A stretch of 64,000 bases of DNA. It comes from a plasmid. Location: the sequence record NZ_CP049149.1; one strand, given 5' to 3'. A program made the translations under genes and the position numbers. A model generated the notes under the pieces. The model was not told the origin of the DNA, searched no databases, and was given only the letters and a program-made list of their open reading frames with translations. Positions 1 through 9,153 of this stretch are shown here, piece after piece. Position 1 is the first letter of the stretch, and every line of letters starts with the position of its first letter.

Positions 1-1
1 G

Positions 2-1534
2 GAAGAGAGCCTCAACAGCCTGGACGAAAAGCTGACGGCGGCAGATCAGCGTCTGGAGGAAGCCCAGAACAGCCTTAAGACTGAGGTCGCTGGCACGCTG
101 GACAAGGTGGGGCAGGCATTACAACAGGTTGAAGGCTCCAACGCGGCGCTGGTTGAGTTGCAGAATACCGTTTCTGAGCAGGGTAAATCAGTGGCTGGTG
201 TTGTGGAAGCGGCTAACGCGGCGCTCGACAAGGCATCAGCACTGATAGCCGAAGAGCGCGAGGCGCGAGTCGAGGCTGACCTGGCCAACGCCAAACAAAT
301 TGACGCGATGAAATCCTCTGTAGATGACAGTGTGGCGGCCGTCGAAGAGATGAAGAGGACTGTGGCGGGCGTCGAGCAGGCCAGTACCGAAGTGACCACC
401 AGCTTAGAGGCGCTGGCGAAGGCCAATATCGATCTTGCACTCCGGCAGGACGAAGACCAGTACAAGCAGAGTGTCACTAACGCGAAAATCTCAACCACGC
501 AAAAGACGTTTGCCGACGATATATCGGCAATGGCTTCTAAGGTGGAAGAGATCCGCGCAGAAATCGGCGACAACATTCGGGCTTCCATCACCGAGGAGAC
601 AACCTCTCGCGTGGAAGCTGACAAAGCCATCGCTTCGCAAATTACCAGGCTTGAAGCCCGGTTAAACGACGATATCGCCGCGGCGCTAACGGAGGAGCAG
701 CAGGCGAGAGCGACAGCCGATGAGACGCTTTCGCGACAGATTACCTCGATGAAGGCTCAGACCGATGAGAATGTGAAAGCGGCGATTTCCGTGGAAACAA
801 AGGCGCGAACGGATGCCGACAGTGCGCTGGCCACGCAAATTAGCACGCTGAAATCCCAGACTGCGCAGGATATTCAGGCTGCGGTGGCCGCCGAGACCAA
901 AGCCAGAACTGACGCTGATTCTGCGTTGTCCGGGCAAATCACCAGTCTTCAAGCCCAGACAAAAGACATCAGTGCGGCAGTTACTTCCGAGTCTAATGCG
1001 AGAGCGAATGCTGATGGTGCATTGGGCAGCCGAATCGACACATTGAAAGCCTCAGTTGATGGGCATACGGCGACGATCCAACAGCAGGCACAGGCCATCG
1101 CCGATACCAACAAGAAGGTCTCTACCGCCTGGACATTGAAAATGGAAACCGCGGCCAGCGGTGGCCAACGATACGTTGCCGGTATCGCGTTGGGCATCGA
1201 CACTACGGGGTTATCTCAGTTTCTGGTGCAGGCAGACCGCTTTGGTTTGGTGAACTCGGTCAATGGCCAGATCACTACGCCCTTCGTGATCGAAAACGGT
1301 GTGGCGTATATGAATGGCGCCTATATCAAAGACGGCACCATTACCAATGCCAAAGTTGGCGATCTCCAGTCGACTAACTTTGTTTCTGGCCGTTCCGGCT
1401 GGCGGTTAGGGAAAAATGGCGTTCTGGAGATTAACGGCAGCAGCGGCGGCTACGGCCGTCTTGTGATTACCGGTCAGCGTATTGACGTGTATGACGACAA
1501 CAATGTGCTGCGGGTAAGGCTGGGACAGCTCTGA
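2..1534 (+). CDS. Tail fiber protein, 5'-partial (continues upstream of the window)
   Basis: The reading frame is open from window position 2. The protein is rich in coiled-coil repeats (TKARTDADSAL..QI(T/S)SLK). The C-terminus resembles the distal region of lambda J / side-tail-fibre proteins (GVAYMNGAYIKDGTITNAKVGDL). Confidence 0.55.
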   Translation, partial: EESLNSLDEKLTAADQRLEEAQNSLKTEVAGTLDKVGQALQQVEGSNAALVELQNTVSEQGKSVAGVVEAANAALDKASALIAEEREARVEADLANAKQIDAMKSSVDDSVAAVEEMKRTVAGVEQASTEVTTSLEALAKANIDLALRQDEDQYKQSVTNAKISTTQKTFADDISAMASKVEEIRAEIGDNIRASITEETTSRVEADKAIASQITRLEARLNDDIAAALTEEQQARATADETLSRQITSMKAQTDENVKAAISVETKARTDADSALATQISTLKSQTAQDIQAAVAAETKARTDADSALSGQITSLQAQTKDISAAVTSESNARANADGALGSRIDTLKASVDGHTATIQQQAQAIADTNKKVSTAWTLKMETAASGGQRYVAGIALGIDTTGLSQFLVQADRFGLVNSVNGQITTPFVIENGVAYMNGAYIKDGTITNAKVGDLQSTNFVSGRSGWRLGKNGVLEINGSSGGYGRLVITGQRIDVYDDNNVLRVRLGQL

Positions 1535-1645
1535 TGAGCTGTGGGGCGTTCGAGTTGCTCACAAGAATGCCCCATCCCTTTACAATAAATAGGCTATTTA
1601 TCAATAGGTTAAATAGTTAAATTATAGTGCATTAATGTTTTGTAG

Positions 1646-1933
1646 ATGGGTTTGGTTATTGGTATGAGTAAACAATTTGTTTATCCACTTATGATGGCGC
1701 TTTCGCTTACGGGTTGTGCGACAAGCAATGTAGAGAAAGTCGACTGTGTCGCGAAATACACCACCGGAACATGGCCATCGGAACAGCGTGTTGTTCAGAT
1801 TACCGAGCGTCGTGTTGATCGGGTTGGCAACGTCTGGGTTCATCCAAAAAGCGACCTGATTTTGCATTTTCATGGCCGCTGGCAGAAAGAGGATTTGTTC
1901 ACGGATTATCAGTGCAGAGATACGGTTAAATAA
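1646..1933 (+). CDS. Small lipoprotein, candidate superinfection-exclusion protein (Llp/Cor-like position)
   Basis: Signal peptide followed by the lipobox LTGC (MSKQFVYPLMMALSLTGC). 95 aa. Lies immediately downstream of a tail fibre / receptor-binding-protein gene, as T5 llp does. A terminator follows. Confidence 0.45.
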   Translation: MGLVIGMSKQFVYPLMMALSLTGCATSNVEKVDCVAKYTTGTWPSEQRVVQITERRVDRVGNVWVHPKSDLILHFHGRWQKEDLFTDYQCRDTVK

Positions 1934-1939
1934 TAAGTA

Positions 1940-1965
1940 AAGGGCGTCATATGACGCCCTTTTTA
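1940..1965 (+). terminator. Rho-independent terminator
   Basis: aagggcgtcatatgacgccctttttag: GC stem followed by a T-run. Confidence 0.5.
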
Positions 1966-2317
1966 GTAAGTATGTGAATACTTACTTTTTTGTGGTTTTA
2001 TGTTACAGTTCCCTGACTATCAAGGATGATACAGGGGGGCAATTTTGGCTTTTGGTGGAAGAGTGTGGAGCGAGAAGGGGACGAGCTGGGTCGACCTTGT
2101 CCAGCCAACCTGGGTTCTCGATTTCCGACACGGCATGTCAGGAAGAGGATCGTTGAAGTATGCCATAGACACTTCATTGTTTCATTTAAAAGTCGTGGTG
2201 CTTAATTACACCGTTGAGAGGAAACAGTCACAGCCGTCGTTCTCCATATCGGGCGGCACCGTCTCTTACTCTCTGCCGTCAAGTTGCACTTTCCTCGTTT
2301 GCATGGAGGCAAACTAA

Positions 2318-2965
2318 ATGGCGTATGGCATCAAAATAGTTAACAGCAACGGTAAGATATTCGCGACGCCGGAAACGCCGTTTATGCACATGGCGTACAA
2401 AAAGTCTTTCAGTGTGGGAGACATGGCCTTAGGCAACAAAGCAGTGGCCTACAACACAGGTATTCCTGCTAATGTGCGCATACTCTGCTATGCCAGATGC
2501 AGCACGCAGACGTTGTTTTTTGTCACCCCTTACCAGTCCGGGGGAACATGGTGGTTCAAAATCAACTCCTCCAAAGCCGTATCAGGGACATTTTACTTTT
2601 TTACCAATGAGATCCCCCCATCGTCAGGCGGCTGGGGTCTGGATATGTTTAATGCTTCCGGGCAGCGGGTATATTCAACTTCAACCAAGCCGTTGCAAAA
2701 TTTACAGACGTCGCTGAGCCGCAATGGGGTAAAAACCTTTCAGGCGGGCTTTCCAACAGCTGCCATAGCGACGCCTTGCGAGTATTGGGTGCAGCCCATC
2801 AAAGGCGGGCTTGAGGTGCAGCTTTTCGTCGCTGCGCCATGTGCGACCGGAAACCAGCTCGATCTTACAGCCGTGGGAACGGGGATTATGCCCTCTTCGG
2901 AAGGGTTTAGCTTTACGGCGTTTGGTGGGGTGGTTAACTACATCAACGCCTCTTTGTATGACTGA
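2318..2965 (+). CDS. Hypothetical protein, probably tail fibre associated
   Basis: 215-aa ORF between two tail fibre genes. RBS ggaggcaaactaaATG. Beta-rich composition. Confidence 0.4.
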   Translation: MAYGIKIVNSNGKIFATPETPFMHMAYKKSFSVGDMALGNKAVAYNTGIPANVRILCYARCSTQTLFFVTPYQSGGTWWFKINSSKAVSGTFYFFTNEIPPSSGGWGLDMFNASGQRVYSTSTKPLQNLQTSLSRNGVKTFQAGFPTAAIATPCEYWVQPIKGGLEVQLFVAAPCATGNQLDLTAVGTGIMPSSEGFSFTAFGGVVNYINASLYD

Positions 2966-3036
2966 TGCTGTAGGTAATGGACTGCCTACAAGTTTGTGTG
3001 AGTAAGCGAGCCTGGCTCGTGTAAAAAGGAGAAACT

Positions 3037-5565
3037 ATGTGGTACAGGGAAGGTACTATCACGTTTACGCAGGGAAGTAATATCCTAACCGGCACCGGTA
3101 CGTTCTGGAACGTCACCGCGAATGGCGTACTGCCTGGCATGATTGTTGTCGGCCCAGACAACAAGCTCTATGAAATTAAGCACGTTCTGGACGACACCCA
3201 TTTAACACTGGTAGAGCCGTATTCCGGCGAAACCCAGACAGATGTCCCGTGCCGCATTATCACCACTTATGAAGGCGATCTGACGCAGTTCAGTGCGCGA
3301 TTTGCAGCGCTCATGACCCGCATGTATGCGGATTCAAAATCGATGAGGGGTTGGCTGACCGCTCTTGATGCTGTCACCATTGAGCGAGAAGACGGTACAG
3401 AGGTAACTGTTAAGCCGCTTATGCAGATCGTCAATGAGCACAATGCCAACCTTGAGTGGTACAAGGAAAACAAGGAAATCCTTGACGCCTCGGCTGCCGG
3501 TGCCAAGAAATCAGCGGAAAGCGCAGCAGCAAGTGCGGCAGATGCTGCCGGGAGTTCCAGGCAATCAGCTGCGAGTGCTTCATTGGCTTCAGAGAAAGCG
3601 AATGCGGCTGACGCTAGTGCAGCCGCAGCTAAGTCGTCGGAAACGGTTGTCTCTGAGAAAGCTGACGCGGCAGAAGGTGCAAAACTGGCTGCGCAGACAG
3701 CTGAATCTAATGCTGGTAAGCAAGCAAACGCTGCCGCGGGAAGTGCCACGCAAGCCCAGCAATATGCCACCAATGCAAAGAGAGAAGCAGATCGGGCACA
3801 GACAATCTCGAATGAGATTAACTCAACAGTTGACAAATTCCTTCAGAAAGATCAGAACCTGGCCGACATCACCAACCCCGGCGCCGCTCGTGTAAGTCTC
3901 GGTGTTGAGCGTGTCACGCAAGGCCCGACATCGACCGCGCTTGGAAAATCTGGAGGCTCTCGCCTGTTTGTGTTCGATAACGGTACATGGGGTGCTCTGA
4001 ACGGTTCTGACGCCTATATTCCGCTTGGCGTGGCGCAGGGAGGAACTGGTGCTAATAATACAGCTGGAGCAAGGTCCAATCTCGGCGTAGACAGACTTGA
4101 AAATGCATCAGAAACCAGGACTGTACTTAGAACAACATCTGATGGGTCTTACTTGCAACTTGAAGCCGCTGGGCGTTGGGGGGTGTACAAGCCGGACTCA
4201 GGCTGGATTCCGCTGGCAATAGGTAACGGCGGTACAGGTGCCACAGATGTCAACGGTGCTCGCACCAACCTGATGGTTGACCGTATTGAGCAAGCGCCTC
4301 TTGAAACCCGCCTAAAAAACCAGGATGGGACGAAGTACCTGGTAACGACCAACAGCGGAGAATGGGGGGCGTACAACCGTGGCACTAACCCCGGCTGGAT
4401 TCCTCTCGGCATTGCGCAGGGTGGCACAGGCGCTAAGGATGTGGAGGAAGCCCGAGCAAATCTCGGTCTCGGTTCTACCAACAGTGTTGAATTTAATATG
4501 ATTAAAGGTCGTAGCGACATTGCCACAAGCAAGGTGTCGGATGACGCGGTTCGAAGTAATGCAATCTACACCAATATTGTCGGAAGTGATGGTACTGTTA
4601 AATCGCAGGCCGAACTGTGGTGCGACAGTGTCAACGGGGTTGTGTCACTCGTTAACCGAAATCCGAGCGGGCCGCGATTCTTTACCATTCGGTCTACCGG
4701 TGAGGTTGAGCCGTCTGGTCGCATTATGTCTGGCTATGGTGCTGAGTTTAAGCATAACGGTGAAGTTTTAACACTTCGGCCATCGGGTGATAATCAGGCC
4801 ACTTACATGCTTATACGTGCTAATGACGGTTCCAACGTTATGCTTATTGGAAAGCCTGGCGGAAATGATGACACGGTTCTTTATAACTACAAGCATGGAA
4901 CAAACATCTATATGCAGTCGTCATGGGGCGGCTGCAATAAAAACTGGTACGGGGCTACAGTAGAGTCAAGGAGTGGTTATCTGAACTCAAAAACCTCGGC
5001 ATCAAACGCCAACGCTCACGTCTACTTTATCAATAGCGATGGGCGAAATCGTGGCGTGATTTATGCACAGCCAATTGAGGTAAGTCAGTCGATCGTAATC
5101 AGGTCGGACAATAGCGCTACAGGTGCGGCTGGTCAGTATTTTTTATTCAATGGAGACACCGGAGAGGCAAGAGCGGCCAAGTTTACCGCGACCTCAGATG
5201 AACGTGCAAAATTCTGGATCAAGCCTGTTACCGGAGCGCTGGATAAGATTTGCCAGCTTAAAGGCGTAACTTATTCAATGCACACCACAATCCAGAACAC
5301 GGTGAGAAATGCTGGTTTGATTGCTCAGGATGTACAAAAGGTACTGCCTGAAGCCGTGTCTGTTGGGCAGACTGGAAGCACGCTTGATAAGAATTGCTTT
5401 GAGGTTGAAAACCCATTAACCCTCGACTACAACGCTCTGTCTGCGCTGTACGTGGAGGCATTTAAGGAGGTCAAAACCGAGATGGCGTCCATGAAAACAG
5501 AGATTGAAGCATTGAGGGCTGAAATCGCCGCGCTTAAAGGGGAAACCGGGACGCCTTCTGCTTAA
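3037..5565 (+). CDS. Tail fibre / tailspike protein with C-terminal intramolecular chaperone (peptidase S74-like) domain
   Basis: 842 aa. Ala-rich coiled region, repeated GGTGA..AR.NLG tail-fibre repeats, and a C-terminal TSDERAKFWIKPV...AGLIAQDVQKVLPEAV region matching the S-D-x-R-x-K autoproteolytic chaperone motif of the K1F endosialidase / T5 pb1 family. Confidence 0.65.
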   Translation: MWYREGTITFTQGSNILTGTGTFWNVTANGVLPGMIVVGPDNKLYEIKHVLDDTHLTLVEPYSGETQTDVPCRIITTYEGDLTQFSARFAALMTRMYADSKSMRGWLTALDAVTIEREDGTEVTVKPLMQIVNEHNANLEWYKENKEILDASAAGAKKSAESAAASAADAAGSSRQSAASASLASEKANAADASAAAAKSSETVVSEKADAAEGAKLAAQTAESNAGKQANAAAGSATQAQQYATNAKREADRAQTISNEINSTVDKFLQKDQNLADITNPGAARVSLGVERVTQGPTSTALGKSGGSRLFVFDNGTWGALNGSDAYIPLGVAQGGTGANNTAGARSNLGVDRLENASETRTVLRTTSDGSYLQLEAAGRWGVYKPDSGWIPLAIGNGGTGATDVNGARTNLMVDRIEQAPLETRLKNQDGTKYLVTTNSGEWGAYNRGTNPGWIPLGIAQGGTGAKDVEEARANLGLGSTNSVEFNMIKGRSDIATSKVSDDAVRSNAIYTNIVGSDGTVKSQAELWCDSVNGVVSLVNRNPSGPRFFTIRSTGEVEPSGRIMSGYGAEFKHNGEVLTLRPSGDNQATYMLIRANDGSNVMLIGKPGGNDDTVLYNYKHGTNIYMQSSWGGCNKNWYGATVESRSGYLNSKTSASNANAHVYFINSDGRNRGVIYAQPIEVSQSIVIRSDNSATGAAGQYFLFNGDTGEARAAKFTATSDERAKFWIKPVTGALDKICQLKGVTYSMHTTIQNTVRNAGLIAQDVQKVLPEAVSVGQTGSTLDKNCFEVENPLTLDYNALSALYVEAFKEVKTEMASMKTEIEALRAEIAALKGETGTPSA

Positions 5566-5654
5566 AATGAAGAGTAAGTAACAACTTACCTACTAAAGAT
5601 GGTTATGTTGTGATATAAATCTGCCATCCGATTTGACTATTCATGGAGGAAATA

Positions 5655-5978
5655 ATGTCGATCGAGATGGCAGGCGTAACGCCTGAGCAGGTTGAACGCA
5701 TCGCCGCTATTGTTGCGCGTGAAGTCGTTGGCAAATTAGGTAAAGAACTTCGGGAAGAAATTGGCCAGGAGGTCAATGATCAGCTCAAAACCTACTTTGG
5801 TGATATGACTCCAGCGCAACATAGCATCCAGCATTCCAACCTGGACAAACTTCTAAACCGGCTTGACGCGCTTTCCAGCGGGTTCTTTGGTGGCATTGTC
5901 TCAAAGATAACGTCGTTCCTGATTACCGCGCTGTTGCTGGGTCTTGCCGCTTATGGCGTTAAAAATGGACTTCAATAA
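5655..5978 (+). CDS. Putative holin (single C-terminal transmembrane segment)
   Basis: RBS ggagg 5 nt upstream of the ATG at 5655. C-terminal hydrophobic segment ITSFLITALLLGLAAYGV. Position directly upstream of the endolysin and spanin genes. Confidence 0.35.
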   Translation: MSIEMAGVTPEQVERIAAIVAREVVGKLGKELREEIGQEVNDQLKTYFGDMTPAQHSIQHSNLDKLLNRLDALSSGFFGGIVSKITSFLITALLLGLAAYGVKNGLQ

Positions 5979-5989
5979 GGAGAGCAAGG

Positions 5990-6682
5990 ATGAAAACTCC
6001 GAGAGGTATTCGCAATAACAACCCAGGCAACCTCGACCGAGGCTCGCCGTGGCAGGGTTTGGTAAACAACCATTCTGAGCCGCGTTTCTGTACGTTCAAA
6101 GACCCTGTGTGGGGAATCCGGGCGCTGGCAGTAACGCTCATCACCTATCACGACAAGCGCCGCGCCAAAGATGGCTCAAGCATCGATACGATCCGCGAAG
6201 TCATCGAGCGCTGGGCACCGCCGAACGAGAACGACACCGCTGCTTACATTCGCGAGGTCGCTAAAGCCGTTGGCGTCACCCCGGACATGGTTATCGATCT
6301 GCATGACTATGACACTCTGCGCCCGCTGGTGGAGGCAATCATTCGTCACGAGAACGGCCGCGGTCCACTAAAAACCCTGAACAGCTGGTACACATCCGAA
6401 GTCATCGAGGAAGGCCTGCGCCGTGCCGGGGTTGTTAAGGCTGTTAAGGCGGTCAAAGCCCTTCCTGTCACCAAAGAGACGGCTGGTGCCACCGTCACTG
6501 CCGGCATCGGTCTCGCGCAGCTGGCAGAGGTGATACCGCAAATCTCCGCAGCGATGGATAAAGCACAGGGCAACATCACCAGTGGAGACACGGTGCGCGT
6601 CATCTTCGGCATTGCCACCATCCTTGTGGCGGGGTTCATCGCCTGGTCGCAGGTGTGCAAATACAAGAAGGGGATAGCCTGA
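5990..6682 (+). CDS. Putative endolysin (muramidase-like) with C-terminal hydrophobic segment
   Basis: RBS aaggag. Conserved N-terminal RNNNPGNL motif. Lies between the holin and the spanins. C-terminal TM-like segment VIFGIATILVAGFIAW. Confidence 0.4.
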   Translation: MKTPRGIRNNNPGNLDRGSPWQGLVNNHSEPRFCTFKDPVWGIRALAVTLITYHDKRRAKDGSSIDTIREVIERWAPPNENDTAAYIREVAKAVGVTPDMVIDLHDYDTLRPLVEAIIRHENGRGPLKTLNSWYTSEVIEEGLRRAGVVKAVKAVKALPVTKETAGATVTAGIGLAQLAEVIPQISAAMDKAQGNITSGDTVRVIFGIATILVAGFIAWSQVCKYKKGIA

Positions 6683-6683
6683 T

Positions 6684-6935
6684 ATGTTCGGCAGCCTGTT
6701 TTTAAAGCTCAAAATTGCTCTGATTACTCTGGCTGCCGTTCTTCTGGTGCTTGTCGGCGCATACACAATGGGGGGACTCGCGGCCAGACGAGCGCTGGAA
6801 GAGAAGGCCAAGCAAGACGATAAAAAACGGCTTCAAAGCACGGTGGACGTCAAAAATGAGACTTTTAATGAAGTGCGACAAAAGGATGCTTCTGCTGTTC
6901 ATCGCGAGCTGCATGATAAGTGGCTGCGTGATTGA
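6684..6935 (+). CDS. i-spanin (Rz-like)
   Basis: ATGA start overlaps the endolysin stop. N-terminal TM (LKIALITLAAVLLVLVGA) followed by a charged periplasmic coiled-coil. Confidence 0.55.
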   Translation: MFGSLFLKLKIALITLAAVLLVLVGAYTMGGLAARRALEEKAKQDDKKRLQSTVDVKNETFNEVRQKDASAVHRELHDKWLRD

Positions 6936-7071
6936 CGCCCCGAAAACAGGGGTGTTGTTCTGCGATGGAGCAAATCCTATCTATGTCAGCAAAGAGGACT
7001 TCATGACGGAAGAAACGGAACGGGAGATCCTCTTACATAACACGATTGGCGAACGGTTGTGTAAATGGTAG
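6855..7071 (+). CDS. o-spanin (Rz1-like lipoprotein), overlapping the i-spanin gene in the +1 frame
   Basis: Lipoprotein signal with lipobox ISGC (MLLLFIASCMISGC). The ORF starts inside the i-spanin gene and extends beyond it. Confidence 0.55.
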
Positions 7072-7076
7072 TAGTA

Positions 7077-7102
7077 AATGAGCGCGTCAGCGCTCATTGT
7101 TT
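7077..7102. terminator. Bidirectional hairpin terminator between the lysis cassette and the convergent HEPN-like gene
   Basis: aatgagcgcgtcagcgctcatt: perfect 9-bp palindromic stem with T-rich flanks on both strands. Confidence 0.4.
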
Positions 7103-8298
7103 TCCATAAGGTAAGATAGTTCTTTGCTAATTGCGCGTTTGAGATATTTCATCGCTTTTATGCATAAAGCTCTATCTTGTGTGCTAATTTTGTTCATTCG
7201 GCCATGAACTAACTTAGATCTCAATTGATAGATGGCTTTAAATTCTTTTTTTATTTCGGCACGTTCTGCCATACCTTTACCAATGAGATATGCACAACGA
7301 TCCGTAAGCGTTAACGTTAGGCCAGCATCATTAGTGTTATCACCTAAAAGTGCCTCCAGCCCCATGCATATTTGCAAGAAACTCATTGTTTTATCATGGT
7401 TTATTTCTGACTGTATGCACCAGTCAATAGCGGAGACAATATTTTGAGCCTCATCTGAGGTGTCATCCAATAGTCTTGTTGCTTCTTCGAGAGCTTCTAA
7501 AGTTAAATTTCTAAGTTCATCTTCGTGCATTCCGCTGACCATCTCTAGTTCTTCCAAATACATGGCAGTAGGAATAGAAAAAGAATGTTCATCGATGCTT
7601 TGCGGATAGTCATTATTGATTATTTTCGCCCATAATTCAGTAATGTATTGTTTCCTATCAAAAATAGGCGACCAGTTTATTGTACGTTGAACTGATTTGT
7701 TGTAATTCCTCTCTATTACATTTTTTGCGCGTAAAGAGTAAATCAGTACATTAAGAACTATAGTAGCCTCCTTCATGAAGTAATCTTTTTCATAAATATT
7801 GTAATATCCGATAGAAGGTACGCAAATATTTGTTTGCGCCACTTCTGACTCACCAGACAAGGCAAATCCCATGGACGCTTTAGATTTTATCTTATGTTCA
7901 ATGGAAAATCTTTTGCAATCAGAAAAGGAAGGTAAAGAAAGATTGTTTAATGGGATGGTGATTTCATAAGAAAAAGGGATTGATAGTAAATAATTGCATG
8001 AGAAATCTACAAGATTATCTTTCTCTTTTGGTTGCAAATCTTGACAGGAGGTTTCTTCTTGGTCAAAACATCGTATGTGTTTGCCGTAATATTTTATGGA
8101 GTCGAGATAGGCAAACATTGCTGATATTTCATCGAACTGGTAACTTTTGTTTTTAGAAAGCTCCACTGCCAGTTTCTTAATATCATTACCTATATTTTTT
8201 GAAAAACAGGCGATACCATTTATCAAATCCGTGCCATCCACCAAAATGCGGATTTTATTCTTGAGGTTTTCTATTTTCCCTGGGTGATTATTCGCCAT
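7087..8298 (-). CDS. HEPN-domain-like protein (candidate abortive-infection / defence effector) in an AT-rich island
   Basis: 403 aa and about 33% GC, against about 50% for the flanking DNA. C-terminal helical region ends in YQLRSKLVHG (R-x4-HG, the HEPN RNase signature as in Abi/Apea-type HEPN). The N-terminal ~250 aa have no recognisable domain. Confidence 0.4.
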   Translation of the reverse strand: MANNHPGKIENLKNKIRILVDGTDLINGIACFSKNIGNDIKKLAVELSKNKSYQFDEISAMFAYLDSIKYYGKHIRCFDQEETSCQDLQPKEKDNLVDFSCNYLLSIPFSYEITIPLNNLSLPSFSDCKRFSIEHKIKSKASMGFALSGESEVAQTNICVPSIGYYNIYEKDYFMKEATIVLNVLIYSLRAKNVIERNYNKSVQRTINWSPIFDRKQYITELWAKIINNDYPQSIDEHSFSIPTAMYLEELEMVSGMHEDELRNLTLEALEEATRLLDDTSDEAQNIVSAIDWCIQSEINHDKTMSFLQICMGLEALLGDNTNDAGLTLTLTDRCAYLIGKGMAERAEIKKEFKAIYQLRSKLVHGRMNKISTQDRALCIKAMKYLKRAISKELSYLMENNER

Positions 8299-8436
8299 TT
8301 TTGCTCCAGCCAGCGGTTTATCTTTGTTTTTGTAAACACTTTCAGCTCTTATGTTATGCCATCCTCAGTCTACGGCAAAGCCTGTGATTAACACTTTACA
8401 CCGCAGCCGTAGGCATTTAGGCTATATCGCATATAA

Positions 8437-8451
8437 GAAAACAAGTTGTTT
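8437..8451. promoter_or_regulatory. Palindromic motif GAAAACAAGTTGTTT upstream of parA
   Basis: Member of the recurrent AAAACAAnTTGTTT family (see findings). Confidence 0.35.
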
Positions 8452-8487
8452 CATACGACAATAATTCACGCAAAGGGACTCTCTCCA

Positions 8488-9153
8488 ATGACCAAAATCA
8501 TTGTGGTTGGCGGCACCAAAGGCGGCCCAGGCAAATCGACCGTTGCCCAGCAAATTGCGGTGTGCCTAAAAGTTAAGAAGAAAAAGAAAACGCAGGTCAC
8601 TGACATTGATATTCAGCGCACCACGACGAGCTGGTGCGAAGACCGTCGCCAAAATGAAGACCTTGACCTTATCCCCTTCGCCTACGTTCAGGATGACATC
8701 GTTAAGCACCTTAAATCGCTTCAGGGGCGCGTCGACTATGTTGTAGTGGATGCTGGTGGCTTTGACTCCGAAATCCAGCGACAAGCGATGCTGATGGCTG
8801 ATGTCATCATTATCCCTCTGCGTCCTAAGCGTCGTGATTTGAAATCGCTGCGCGACATCGACCCGATTGTCGACAATGTGCGCACTGTGAACCACAAAGT
8901 GAAGATTCGCGCGGTCATCAACCAGTGTCCGTCTCTGCCTTCACAGGTATCACGTATTCTGGCCGCCAAAGAGATTGTCGAGACATTCGGCATCGAGGCT
9001 GCGCCGGTTAACCTGTACAACCGTAACGTTTATGACGACGCGGAAGAGGCAGGTCGTTCTATATTTGAAATGACTGGCGCTGAACGCGATAAGAAGGCAG
9101 AAGCCGAGTTCGAAGAGTTTGTAGATTACATCATGAGTCTGGAGGAAGAATAA
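8488..9153 (+). CDS. parA: ParA partition ATPase (small, type Ib)
   Basis: Deviant Walker A GGTKGGPGKST. About 220 aa. Followed by a small centromere-binding-protein gene with an ATGA overlap. Confidence 0.75.
   Translation: MTKIIVVGGTKGGPGKSTVAQQIAVCLKVKKKKKTQVTDIDIQRTTTSWCEDRRQNEDLDLIPFAYVQDDIVKHLKSLQGRVDYVVVDAGGFDSEIQRQAMLMADVIIIPLRPKRRDLKSLRDIDPIVDNVRTVNHKVKIRAVINQCPSLPSQVSRILAAKEIVETFGIEAAPVNLYNRNVYDDAEEAGRSIFEMTGAERDKKAEAEFEEFVDYIMSLEEE

Noticed and set aside
1668-1683. Copy of the AAACAATTTGTTT motif inside the lipoprotein ORF
   Set aside because: It lies within the coding sequence (codons for SKQFVY). Restarting the gene downstream of it would leave too short a signal peptide. It is probably coincidental or dual-use, so it is not counted as a regulatory site.
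3267-3895. Overlapping ORFs (189 aa minus strand, 153 aa plus strand) within the Ala-rich segment of the 842-aa tail fibre gene
   Set aside because: Alternative-frame artefacts of a GCN-rich repeat region. The main frame is continuous and homologous to tail fibres.
8299-8436. Possible parC-like centromere repeats between the HEPN-like gene and parA (CTACGGC ... GCCGTAG inverted repeat)
   Set aside because: There is only a single short inverted repeat and no clear array of direct repeats as expected for a type Ib centromere. Insufficient evidence to call.
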